Translations under genes and position numbers: made by a program | Origin: a virus | Length of the DNA stretch: 64,000 bases | Direction: 5' to 3' (one strand) | Virus record (IMG/VR): IMGVR_UViG_3300028025_004617 | Location: 1-64,000 of that record | Part shown: piece by piece, positions 8,888 through 17,870 of the stretch | Layout: every line of letters starts with the position of its first letter | Numbering within the stretch: the stretch's first letter is position 1 | Notes under the pieces: generated by a model | Seen by the model: only the letters and a program-made list of their open reading frames with translations | What the model was told of the DNA's origin: nothing | Databases searched by the model: none

Positions 8888-9340
8888 CTATTTCTCAAAA
8901 TTATCTAAGAAATTTTTTTCTTCGGGGGTTAAACTATCGATTCCCATTTGTTCTATTTTTTCAAGTAAGTCGTCCAGATCCATTGATGGAGTCTCATTTC
9001 TCTTACGATCGTAATTAATTGTCATAATTCCACCCTCTTTGTCCATGGGTTTAAAAATAAATTCTTTCACTTCTTTTGGTAAGTGAGCAGTAACTAAACT
9101 ATCTCTATCAAATATAAAATAAAATTTGACTTGGTCTATGGTTAAAATTGAAAATAACTCGGTTGATATAGTCTTATAGTCACTATCTGAGTCAAATATA
9201 ACAATAATATTTTGTGAATTTTCAATAACGTATCTAACACTATTGATGATTGGATTATCACCCAAAACATCCGCACAAAAATATTCAACATCTTCATGAT
9301 CGTCGAACATACCAAAAACAAAAAGAATGTATGTTTTCAT
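8888..9340 (-). CDS. Hypothetical protein with C-terminal DUF6576-like motif
   Basis: LDDLLEKIEQMGIDSLTPEEKNFL. Confidence 0.55.
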   Translation of the reverse strand: MKTYILFVFGMFDDHEDVEYFCADVLGDNPIINSVRYVIENSQNIIVIFDSDSDYKTISTELFSILTIDQVKFYFIFDRDSLVTAHLPKEVKEFIFKPMDKEGGIMTINYDRKRNETPSMDLDDLLEKIEQMGIDSLTPEEKNFLDNFEK

Positions 9341-9362
9341 ATTGAATAAACTAATATATTGA

Positions 9363-10004
9363 TTATTTTTTTAATTTAAGTTTCCAATAAACCCCTCCAT
9401 CTACATATGGTGTAAATGTACCACTTGTTCCATCTAACACTCTATTTGCCACACCTACTCCAACATGAAATATCTTATCATCTTTTGTTTTAAAGAGAAT
9501 ACCTGTCCCAATATGTGACACTACGTTCTCTTTATTTAATCCACCATCAAACCCAAAAAATAATTGATTCTTCTTAGGTTCTTTAGTGTATATTGTATCT
9601 TTCACAATCATACGTTTTACATCAGCAATAAATTGTCTATTAACGATACTATTCTTTGATATGGTATCTATAAGTGTAACAGTTCCTTGATTGTTTGGTA
9701 ATGTTAAAACTTCTTTGTGTTGTACCTTAGCAAAATGTACTTTTAGTATTTCCATAGTGTCTATCGTTTGATAAACAGGAACCTCAACTCTTTTTTCAAC
9801 CTCGACTTCGACAGGTACTTCAATTTCCACCTCAACTTCTACTAACGAATCAACCGAAATGGTATCGTGAACAGCGTAAGGTATTGAATCCACCTTTAGT
9901 GTAGTTCTGTTCGGCATAATACCCTTTGGGTTAATAAATTCTACTACCGATATCACTATCAGTAATAGAATTATTGCATTAGGTATATTGATTAGTTTTT
10001 TCAT
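9363..10004 (-). CDS. Membrane-anchored envelope protein, possible lysis accessory
   Basis: N-terminal hydrophobic helix, VEV-rich stalk, C-terminal amphipathic beta strands ending GGVYWKLKLKK. Confidence 0.5.
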   Translation of the reverse strand: MKKLINIPNAIILLLIVISVVEFINPKGIMPNRTTLKVDSIPYAVHDTISVDSLVEVEVEIEVPVEVEVEKRVEVPVYQTIDTMEILKVHFAKVQHKEVLTLPNNQGTVTLIDTISKNSIVNRQFIADVKRMIVKDTIYTKEPKKNQLFFGFDGGLNKENVVSHIGTGILFKTKDDKIFHVGVGVANRVLDGTSGTFTPYVDGGVYWKLKLKK

Positions 10005-10421
10005 CTATTGTAATAAAAGTATCGATGTTGCTATCACACCAACAAATGAACCAATTTTATATAAAAAAGTTTTTCTTCTTTGTCCTTTTAATTCTTTTAA
10101 AAGGCTTTCAGACTTTTGTCTTTCTAAACCAAATTGTTCGTCTTTTTTGGATATGATTAATTCTAAGTTACCAATTTTTTGGTCTTTCAATGAATCTTTT
10201 TGTTTAAATAAACCGATTTGTTCATCTTTTAATGTGATTACTTTATTTAATTCAGTAATTTCAACTTGTGCACCATCTCCTTTGATTAAATCTTTTATAA
10301 CCAACTTAGCAACAGGTACCTTTAAAGCAACTAATGTATCTACGTTAGTCTTTGTAACGGTCTGAGAAAAACTTTTCAAGGTCACTAAAGTTATAATTGT
10401 TAACAGAATCAATTTTTTCAT
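10005..10421 (-). CDS. Signal-peptide coiled-coil protein with C-terminal helix, spanin-like
   Basis: MKKLILLTIITLVTLKSFSQ signal-like start, coiled coil, hydrophobic C-terminus. Confidence 0.45.
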   Translation of the reverse strand: MKKLILLTIITLVTLKSFSQTVTKTNVDTLVALKVPVAKLVIKDLIKGDGAQVEITELNKVITLKDEQIGLFKQKDSLKDQKIGNLELIISKKDEQFGLERQKSESLLKELKGQRRKTFLYKIGSFVGVIATSILLLQ

Positions 10422-10683
10422 GTGTTTGGTTTTTAATTATAGTTATGTTTTTTGTTACGTTATTGATATTGTGGTCAACTACGTCGATTTCTTTATCAAT
10501 TGTAACGATTTGTTCAGAGATTTTTTCGTTTTCAACCTGAACTGAATCTATCTCTTTTTGAATAGATTCGATTTTTGCATTATACCCAGCAACATCCGTT
10601 TTAATACCTTGATTTTGGAAAATGGTATAACCAGCAAGGATTGCGATGATGACAAGTAAGATAGTTTGTTTATTAATCTTCAT
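10345..10683 (-). CDS. N-terminal TM plus coiled-coil protein, i-spanin-like
   Basis: TILLVIIAILAGYTIF then heptad repeats; overlaps the downstream gene by 77 nt. Confidence 0.45.
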   Translation of the reverse strand: MKINKQTILLVIIAILAGYTIFQNQGIKTDVAGYNAKIESIQKEIDSVQVENEKISEQIVTIDKEIDVVDHNINNVTKNITIIKNQTHEKIDSVNNYNFSDLEKFFSDRYKD

Positions 10684-10707
10684 ATTACTTTTTATTATAA
10701 ATATGAA

Positions 10708-10731
10708 GAAAGGAGACTTTCGTCTCCTTTT
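10708..10731 (-). terminator. Intrinsic terminator after clpP
   Basis: AAAGGAGAC-GAAA-GTCTCCTTT hairpin followed by a T-rich tract. Confidence 0.7.
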
Positions 10732-10735
10732 AGTG

Positions 10736-11410
10736 TTATTTCTTCTTCTTCACGATTTCATCGATAATTCCGTAGGATAGTGCTTCATCCGCCCCTAACC
10801 ATAAGTCTCGGGATGCGTCAGATTTGACCTGTTCTGCGGACTTTCCACAATAACCACCCAATAACTCAAATAAGGTGTCGTTAACCTTTTCCCACTCTTG
10901 GAATGTGATACGAGCATCTTGGATATTTCCACCCGCACCTCCTGAAGATTGGTGTAACATGGTACGTGAGAACCTCAAGGAACCACGTTTACCCTTAGTA
11001 CCCGCCCCAAGTAGGACCGAACCCATAGACGCCGCCATACCCGTATTAATGGTACGAATGTCCGAGTTGATGTAATCCATAACGTCTACCATAGATAATC
11101 CCGACTTAACAGAACCACCTGGACTATCAATGTGCATGGTAATATCCAAGTTATCCAAACTATCCAAGAACATCAATTGAGCTTGTACAATCGTTGACAT
11201 GTGGTCATTAACCTCACCTGCAACCCAAATAATACGTTCCATCATCAAACGTGAGAACACGTCCATAATAGTTACGTTCATTTGTCTTTCTTCCAAAATA
11301 TATGGAGTTAAGCTGTTTTCAACTCGTTGATTGTAACGATGTAAGTCCAATGAACTTACCCCGTGGTCTTTAGCGTAAAGACCGAAACCTTTGTAATCAT
11401 TCGGTGTCAT
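10736..11410 (-). CDS. clpP: ATP-dependent Clp protease proteolytic subunit
   Basis: DVFSRLMMERII, IDSPGG, GMAASMGS (catalytic Ser), MLHQ (His), RD (Asp); LTPYILEERQMN N-terminus is Bacteroidota-like. Confidence 0.93.
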   Translation of the reverse strand: MTPNDYKGFGLYAKDHGVSSLDLHRYNQRVENSLTPYILEERQMNVTIMDVFSRLMMERIIWVAGEVNDHMSTIVQAQLMFLDSLDNLDITMHIDSPGGSVKSGLSMVDVMDYINSDIRTINTGMAASMGSVLLGAGTKGKRGSLRFSRTMLHQSSGGAGGNIQDARITFQEWEKVNDTLFELLGGYCGKSAEQVKSDASRDLWLGADEALSYGIIDEIVKKKK

Positions 11411-11433
11411 ATGTAATATATTTTGTTATGGTA

Positions 11434-11441
11434 CAAATATA
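11434..11441 (-). promoter_or_regulatory. Bacteroidota-type -7 promoter element (TAnnTTTG) for clpP
   Basis: TATATTTG 23 nt upstream of the ATG. Confidence 0.55.
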
Positions 11442-11490
11442 TGTAAAAATGTTTAAAATAAAAAACAAAAGATTAAAGATATTTATTAAC

Positions 11491-12294
11491 ATGATTAAAA
11501 TGACAAGTCTTATCAAAGAGGGTAATTTAGAAATACCTAGCACGAACCTACTTAGATGGTTCTTAAAACGTAAAGATTCTACGTTTGTTATGTTCGATAC
11601 TGAAACCACAGGGTTAAGTAAAAGTAGAACTGACCAAATAACTCAATTAGCTGCAATTGCAGCCAAATTCGATTTAAGACAATTGAAATTTGTTGAAGTT
11701 GATAGATTTCATGAAAAAATTAAACTTAATGATTATATTAAAGATATTGTTGATAAGTCTGGAGATGTTCCTGATGATAAGGATAGTCCTGAGTTTAAAT
11801 CACAACTACATGGTGATAACGTCAAGGCGGTTTTGAAATTTAATCATTATGACCTTGCTAACTCTGATGAGTTTGCGGATGAAAGAGAATCCTTAGAGAG
11901 ATTCGATTCATTTTTAGACAAACATAGTAACGTAGTTTTAATGGCACATAACGCACCATTTGATTTGAGTATGATTCAAGTTCATGAAATTTTTAAAACT
12001 AAAGACAGGGAAGTATTTGATACCATCAGTTTCTTCAATAAAGTATTCTTTCCAGCATTAGAATCACTATCAACCGAAAATGAACATTTTAGATCAATAA
12101 ATGATAAGTTTGCGTCGAGTGCAAGAACAGGGAAAAAATCAAGTGCAATGGGTAGTCTTATTAGTGGATTTTTTTCAGACCCAGCGGAGAAAGCTGCGTT
12201 GTTAGGTAAGTCTCACGATGCATTAGTTGATTGTGAAAACACATTAAATGTAATTGAACGTGGCCTGAAAGTTGTTTCAAGCCACATTCGTTAA
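11491..12294 (+). CDS. DEDDh 3'-5' exonuclease (DnaQ-like)
   Basis: FDTETTG, AHNAPFD, HDALVDC; ATG 11491 directly follows TATTTATT. Confidence 0.88.
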   Translation: MIKMTSLIKEGNLEIPSTNLLRWFLKRKDSTFVMFDTETTGLSKSRTDQITQLAAIAAKFDLRQLKFVEVDRFHEKIKLNDYIKDIVDKSGDVPDDKDSPEFKSQLHGDNVKAVLKFNHYDLANSDEFADERESLERFDSFLDKHSNVVLMAHNAPFDLSMIQVHEIFKTKDREVFDTISFFNKVFFPALESLSTENEHFRSINDKFASSARTGKKSSAMGSLISGFFSDPAEKAALLGKSHDALVDCENTLNVIERGLKVVSSHIR

Positions 12295-14633
12295 GATATT
12301 TTAGTTGTAATAAAATCTATGGAGGATACATTATCCTCCTTTTTTATCATAACAATATTATCCGACCAGTTACGGATTAAAGAATTATGTGATATTACTA
12401 ATATATGGTCAAAATAGTTTTTAATTTTCTTAAAAAATTCTCCCACCATTTCAAGGTTTTCATCTGCAATTTTACCAAAGACCTCATCCATTACAACGAT
12501 GTTAGGTTTTGGTAACGAGGATATTTTAGTTAATACACTACGTAACGCTAATGAGGATATCGTTCTTTCGTAACCAGAACCCGAATTAAGGGGTTTAACC
12601 ACTCGGGTCTCAGTATCTATCATAATAAATTCAACCTCATTCTTATCGTTTACATTCAACTCTAAAATGAAATGACAACTATCCACAAGTAACCTATACA
12701 ATTCTTGGTTAATCAATGGAATCATATTTTTCATGATTACTTTAGATATACCATTTTTACCATAGATTGTTAAGTAAATTTTAAATACGGCAAGTAAATC
12801 CTGTTCCGATTTAATCTTACTAATCAAATCATTATTAATACCAATCTTTTCTTTCGTGTTAGTGATGTTATTTTTGTGTTTTTCAATGTTTATACCTGTA
12901 ACACGAATATCGGCATTAGCGGTTTCAATTTGAGTTCTTAATCCGGTAACTAAAGAATCGATTTTTTGATTATCTTCTAACTTCTTTTTGTTATCGTCGT
13001 ATCTATCCAAACGTAATTGTTTAGCGTCTATCTCAACTTGTTTTTGTTCAACCTCTAATTCATATCTTTCTTTACGAAGTTTGTTTCTTTCGTATGTTTC
13101 AAACTCAGTCTTTAATTTGTCAAACGCTTCTGATTGTTCTTTTAACTTGTCAAACTCAATTTGATTTAATTCCAAGTCTTTAACAATATCTTCAATTTCT
13201 TTTTTAATCTTTTCGATTTCATCTGTATGATCAACTTCATCTAATGCACGATTACACGTTGGACAAACTGACCCCTCCTCAAATTTTTTGATTAACTTTT
13301 CTTTGTCAGCTTTTTCATATTTACCCGCAACTTCAATCCCTTGTAGGTCCGCCATTTGACCTCTGAGTTCTTTGTGTTCTTCCTCATGATAGTATTTTGA
13401 AGGTTCCACAACATTAATAGTATCGGCATTAGTTTGACTAGCATTTCTTTGGTTGGTTAAATCGTTAATTTCTCTTTGTAATAATGTTGGGTTAGTATTA
13501 ATTAGTTCTCTGTCAACATCATTGTTTCTTGAAGATAGTGCGTCGTCTCTCTCTCCTTCTAAACGTTTAAGTGTTTTTTCAAATCCAACTAAACTTTTTT
13601 CTAACTCTACGATTTGTTCTTCAGAATTTTTAATACTTTCCTGATATGTTTCATTATCAATTTCTAATTGTGTGATATTGTAAGTGTTAGAAACTAATTT
13701 TTTACTCCAATCATTAAAAATCTCTTTGGCAAATTCTTCCTTAAGTTTGAGACTTTCTAATCCCATAAACTTTGTTAAAATTTGTCCACGAGCTGTTGGT
13801 TTGGATTCGATTAACTCCTCGAGGTTATAACCAGTTGTTAGAATCGTAGATAGAAAATCCTCCTCCGTACCAATAGCCGAAGAAATGAATGCTTCAGTTT
13901 CTCTACGTTGTTCGCCAGATAAGTTTTCAATTGTCCCATCTTCTTTTTTCTTATAGAATTCTAATTCGTTTTTAACAGTATACTCTCCCGACTTACTCAT
14001 TTTACGAGAAGTCTTTCTTTCAATCACATAATCATCACCATCAATACTAATTTCACCACGAACAGTGACGTCATTTTTGTCTGTAAACCTATTAAAGATT
14101 TCGGCATTTGTTTTTGTCTTTGTTGTGGCATTGAAGAATAAGAACATTAAGAGGTCAACCGTAGATGTTGACTTACCCCCAAAGTTTTTAGGTGTTGATT
14201 CAATAACAGTAATACCATCAAGATTTGTAAAATCGATTACGTTATTATCACCAAACGATAAGAAGTTGGAGAACTCAACTTTTTTAATATACCATTTATT
14301 GTAACGAACTTTATTCTCATTTAACTTGTCAATTTGTGAATTTACTTTATTGTCAAGTCTATCCACTAATTCCCATTTAACATCAATCTTATTATCCTTA
14401 ATGAAATCTTTCATTAGATTTTTTTGATGTTGGTGGTCAAGTATATTATCACTAACCTCCAAAGATTCTAAACGTGTTTTATTTACGTTAGTTAAATTCT
14501 TAGTGATTACTGAAATATTTTTTGATTTGTATTTCTCCTGAAAATAAGATTTCACCCTTCTGATTTTCTCAGGGGTGAAATTCTCTGGTACGTCTTCCCA
14601 CGTAACCTTTATAAAAGGGTTGTTATAACTCAT
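12291..14633 (-). CDS. sbcC: SbcC/Rad50/gp46-like recombination ATPase with extra N-terminal domain
   Basis: VEFSNFLSF, GGKST Walker A, coiled coil with CPTC hook, GSGYE signature, VVMDE Walker B, ISH. Confidence 0.9.
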   Translation of the reverse strand: MSYNNPFIKVTWEDVPENFTPEKIRRVKSYFQEKYKSKNISVITKNLTNVNKTRLESLEVSDNILDHQHQKNLMKDFIKDNKIDVKWELVDRLDNKVNSQIDKLNENKVRYNKWYIKKVEFSNFLSFGDNNVIDFTNLDGITVIESTPKNFGGKSTSTVDLLMFLFFNATTKTKTNAEIFNRFTDKNDVTVRGEISIDGDDYVIERKTSRKMSKSGEYTVKNELEFYKKKEDGTIENLSGEQRRETEAFISSAIGTEEDFLSTILTTGYNLEELIESKPTARGQILTKFMGLESLKLKEEFAKEIFNDWSKKLVSNTYNITQLEIDNETYQESIKNSEEQIVELEKSLVGFEKTLKRLEGERDDALSSRNNDVDRELINTNPTLLQREINDLTNQRNASQTNADTINVVEPSKYYHEEEHKELRGQMADLQGIEVAGKYEKADKEKLIKKFEEGSVCPTCNRALDEVDHTDEIEKIKKEIEDIVKDLELNQIEFDKLKEQSEAFDKLKTEFETYERNKLRKERYELEVEQKQVEIDAKQLRLDRYDDNKKKLEDNQKIDSLVTGLRTQIETANADIRVTGINIEKHKNNITNTKEKIGINNDLISKIKSEQDLLAVFKIYLTIYGKNGISKVIMKNMIPLINQELYRLLVDSCHFILELNVNDKNEVEFIMIDTETRVVKPLNSGSGYERTISSLALRSVLTKISSLPKPNIVVMDEVFGKIADENLEMVGEFFKKIKNYFDHILVISHNSLIRNWSDNIVMIKKEDNVSSIDFITTKIS

Positions 14634-14636
14634 TAA

Positions 14637-15293
14637 TTATACTACGTTTGCTCTTAATTTTAATCTCAATTCATCGGTAATTGGGATTAAATTTTGTGGT
14701 TTATAAATGTACAACTCCCATTCTTTTGTTATGGGGTTTAAATTCCAAATCTCGACATATTCTAACGGTATTGCTGCCCATAATTCCACTTCTCCGGTTG
14801 TAATTTTTCTCGACTGCTTGTTTGAGTATAGGACTTTTTTTCTATCATTCATAACTTCAGGATAAGCAATCATTATTTGTGTGACATCTTCATTTGTCCT
14901 AAGAAATATATTTTTATCCGCGTCAGTTTCAGTATACCAAAATTCACCGGCATATTTTCCTCTAAAGTAATAATGGTCACCATTTATCCAATAGTGATGC
15001 TTTCTTGGTGGTCTATTAAGTGTTTTAACTTTAATTTGTGGGTCCCCATCTCTTAAGAAGTTACTGAACCTATAATCTTGTATATAATCTCCCTCACATT
15101 GACCATTTTCAATTTCAATTGCAGCATATTTTGGGTGATTTAAAATTTGTAAATCAATCATAAATTCATATGGATTTGATATTACGTCCCAATCCGGTTT
15201 AATTTTCTTTAACGCCGCAATTACTTTTTTTCTATGTGCTTCATCTTTAGGAGTCACCTTTGACCCATCTTTCATATTTCCGTATAGTGCCAT
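14637..15293 (-). CDS. Hypothetical protein, possible PD-(D/E)XK-like nuclease
   Basis: ORF 14637..15317; ATG 15293 follows the upstream stop; IDL..AIEIE motif is weak support. Confidence 0.4.
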   Translation of the reverse strand: MALYGNMKDGSKVTPKDEAHRKKVIAALKKIKPDWDVISNPYEFMIDLQILNHPKYAAIEIENGQCEGDYIQDYRFSNFLRDGDPQIKVKTLNRPPRKHHYWINGDHYYFRGKYAGEFWYTETDADKNIFLRTNEDVTQIMIAYPEVMNDRKKVLYSNKQSRKITTGEVELWAAIPLEYVEIWNLNPITKEWELYIYKPQNLIPITDELRLKLRANVV

Positions 15294-15294
15294 A

Positions 15295-15606
15295 TTATTT
15301 AATTCTACTTTCTTCAAAAAACTCGATTATGGCATTAATTGCCCAAACTACTCCTGCCGTAAACATCCCATCAAAAAATAGATAAGAAATCCACGGACCT
15401 TCAAAATAATGATTTGTTAAACCACCAAAAACAAGTGACATAAAAAATCCAACCCATGTTGATGTACAAAGTGTACAACTAATTAAGTCACCGAAAAATT
15501 TAGAATGTTTCTTTATCCAATCTCTTTGATTGTCGAAAATTTTACCCCATACAAGAATTGATGTCATTCCGTATGCTGCCAATGCCCAAAAAACTAATAA
15601 TGCCAT
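15295..15606 (-). CDS. DUF1360-like membrane protein
   Basis: GDLISCTLCTSTWVG motif between hydrophobic helices. Confidence 0.6.
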   Translation of the reverse strand: MALLVFWALAAYGMTSILVWGKIFDNQRDWIKKHSKFFGDLISCTLCTSTWVGFFMSLVFGGLTNHYFEGPWISYLFFDGMFTAGVVWAINAIIEFFEESRIK

Positions 15607-15656
15607 AATATTTTATTTATAGAAAAAATATAACAAAATAAATTGATAAAACAAAA

Positions 15657-16220
15657 TTATTCGTCATATAATGATTTATTTTCGGTATTCTTAATTTGTC
15701 TATTTTGATTTAAACTTTCTAGTGATATTGTTATTCTATTGAGTTCTTCTTTTAGTTTGTTGTTTTCAATAGTCAATCTATCAACTTCTTGTGTATTAAT
15801 GACCTCAACAATTTTTTCAACTTCAATTTCTTTAATGACTTCTTTTATAATCGGTATTTCCTTAATAACTTCATTAACAATAGTCTCACCTTGTAAGTGA
15901 ACTTCTTTAACAATTTCAACAGGAACCTCAACTCTCACCTCTTTAATTACTTCTCGTATAGTTTCGACCGGTACTTCTTTTATTACTTCATAAGGTACTC
16001 TTATTTCCCTATCCACAATCACTTCTCTATCTACCGGAACTTCTTTTATAACCTCCACAATTGTCGAAATACCTAAAGGTGTTTCACCATACTTCAACAA
16101 AGAAAACCCTCTATCGAAGGTTTCCTGAGCAGTTTTAGTAATGTCTTTTATGTTGTTTAATTCACAATAAAGAACAAATTCTTTATCCAAGGTTAAGGTG
16201 TGTCTCTTTTCCATCTTCAA
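15657..16220 (-). CDS. Hypothetical protein with EVIKEVPV repeats and coiled coil
   Basis: About 80 aa of VPV/EVIKE repeats. Confidence 0.65.
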   Translation of the reverse strand: MKMEKRHTLTLDKEFVLYCELNNIKDITKTAQETFDRGFSLLKYGETPLGISTIVEVIKEVPVDREVIVDREIRVPYEVIKEVPVETIREVIKEVRVEVPVEIVKEVHLQGETIVNEVIKEIPIIKEVIKEIEVEKIVEVINTQEVDRLTIENNKLKEELNRITISLESLNQNRQIKNTENKSLYDE

Positions 16221-17007
16221 TGTCTTTAATATCGTTTATTGAGAAATGAAGAAATGGTTGTTCATTTGGTAAATCATGAAATGTATATTCATCAGTTTGT
16301 ACATCATAAATTCCGTACCCATGATGTTTAACCGTTTCACCAAAGTTCTGTTGAATTAGACTACCAACCATAATTGCCTTACCTCCATTTGGTAATGTGA
16401 ATTGTTGTCTTTTGTGTATGTCTCCACATAACAATAAATCTAAATCGTTAAAGTTTAATCTATCGTACGCATCTTCAAATTCAAATCCCAAATCAGTTGA
16501 CAATCCCATAATAGGTCCGTGGAATAAACCAACAGTTAATAATCCTTCTTGTTTTGTAAATTCAGGTCTCACATTGTGTTGGTATAATGAATAAACAACC
16601 CATTGGATGTTACCATCGGTATCAAGATAATCTCCACTATCTTTTAGATACGTTATATTTGGGTTGTCTAACAATTCAACAACTGGTGTGATACTATCCA
16701 TACGTTGTGTGTTATTCTCTAAGAAATCGTGATTACCCGGTATGATTACAACCTTACCAAAACGAGTTAACTCTTTTAAAAGCCAACTTGTTAATAATAA
16801 TTGTTCATTTGAGATATTAATTTTTTGATGTGCGATATCGCCCGCAATAACAATTCTAATTTCGTTGTGCGATATATTCTCATCTGCCCATTCTAAAAAT
16901 TTAACACTTAATTCATCTAACAATTTTTGAAATTGTTCTTTATACAAATCATGCATTTGAATTGTACGAATATGTAAGTCAGCAATATGTATAATTTTTT
17001 TTACCAT
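16183..17007 (-). CDS. sbcD: SbcD/Mre11/gp47-like metallophosphoesterase nuclease
   Basis: HIADLH, AGDI, PGNHD, FHG, GDIH and GSLIQQNFGE motifs. Confidence 0.9.
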   Translation of the reverse strand: MVKKIIHIADLHIRTIQMHDLYKEQFQKLLDELSVKFLEWADENISHNEIRIVIAGDIAHQKINISNEQLLLTSWLLKELTRFGKVVIIPGNHDFLENNTQRMDSITPVVELLDNPNITYLKDSGDYLDTDGNIQWVVYSLYQHNVRPEFTKQEGLLTVGLFHGPIMGLSTDLGFEFEDAYDRLNFNDLDLLLCGDIHKRQQFTLPNGGKAIMVGSLIQQNFGETVKHHGYGIYDVQTDEYTFHDLPNEQPFLHFSINDIKDIEDGKETHLNLG

Positions 17008-17870
17008 CTTTTAATATATTTTGATAAGTCCATTGATAAAATTGTATTATTGATTTGTGGTGGAACTTTATATTCGTTAAAAGTACCATCTTCTTTTAAT
17101 AAAACAATAACATTTCCCAATAATTTTGTATCTTCAAACTTAGTTCCCTTTAACATTTTCAATAATAACCTACCATATAATGGAAGTTGTAAGTAATAAT
17201 GACCCAATGCGTTATCGTGGTAATTGTTAAATGGTGGATATAATTTACCCGTATAATGTTGAACTTCGAAGTTCTTTGGTTGGTTAGTTTTCCAATCTGT
17301 TGAAACGAATCCAAAACCATCTTTTTCTTTATTCATCATTAACCACACTTTATCTGGTTGACCAGTATATTGTTCTTCAGGATCACCCAATACAATTTCT
17401 GTATCCAACAAAACCGCACCACGTTCTAACATTAAATCAAGGAATTGTTTTCCCGCCATAATCATGTTATCACTTTTACGTTGTTGTTCATCATTAATTT
17501 CGAATATTGGTTTTCTTACTTCTTTGTAATTGTCAAATCGATTAATTAAATCACTCTCTAATTCAAAGTGTACCCTACTACCCATATTAGTTGATAGGTC
17601 ACCAGCTCGTTTCCATTCCGCAAGCAATTCTGCTTGCCCCTCAGGATCACCCTTAGACATTTTTAATGCCATACCTTCGGCATCAAATGGTTTATGAAAT
17701 TTCTTAATAATCTTAGATACTGACGGGAAATTTTTCTTCACCACTCCATCCACATCTTTCATAAAATAGATGTGTTCTTCCTCAATAAAAGTTAATTCAA
17801 TTTCTTTTCTTCTTTGTTCTAATAAATCCTTAATCTCTAATGAGATATCGTTTAAATTCATATTAATCAA
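17001..17870 (-). CDS. PD-(D/E)XK (RecB/Cas4-like) exonuclease
   Basis: PSVSKII, GSRVH, GQPD, DWKT and YYLQLPLY motifs. Confidence 0.8.
   Translation of the reverse strand: MINMNLNDISLEIKDLLEQRRKEIELTFIEEEHIYFMKDVDGVVKKNFPSVSKIIKKFHKPFDAEGMALKMSKGDPEGQAELLAEWKRAGDLSTNMGSRVHFELESDLINRFDNYKEVRKPIFEINDEQQRKSDNMIMAGKQFLDLMLERGAVLLDTEIVLGDPEEQYTGQPDKVWLMMNKEKDGFGFVSTDWKTNQPKNFEVQHYTGKLYPPFNNYHDNALGHYYLQLPLYGRLLLKMLKGTKFEDTKLLGNVIVLLKEDGTFNEYKVPPQINNTILSMDLSKYIKRW

Noticed and set aside
1954-8890. TAG stop-codon reassignment as seen in some large phages
   Set aside because: TAG ends genes at sensible boundaries (1954, 3609, 8888) and long genes are intact in code 11. Readthrough at 6569 would add only about 8 aa. 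The in-frame link from 1954 into the histone-like ORF crosses a promoter-like motif and is probably chance.
17001-17870. Cas4 / CRISPR adaptation module
   Set aside because: No Fe-S cysteine cluster and no cas1/cas2 or array; it sits in a replication cluster as an ordinary phage exonuclease.
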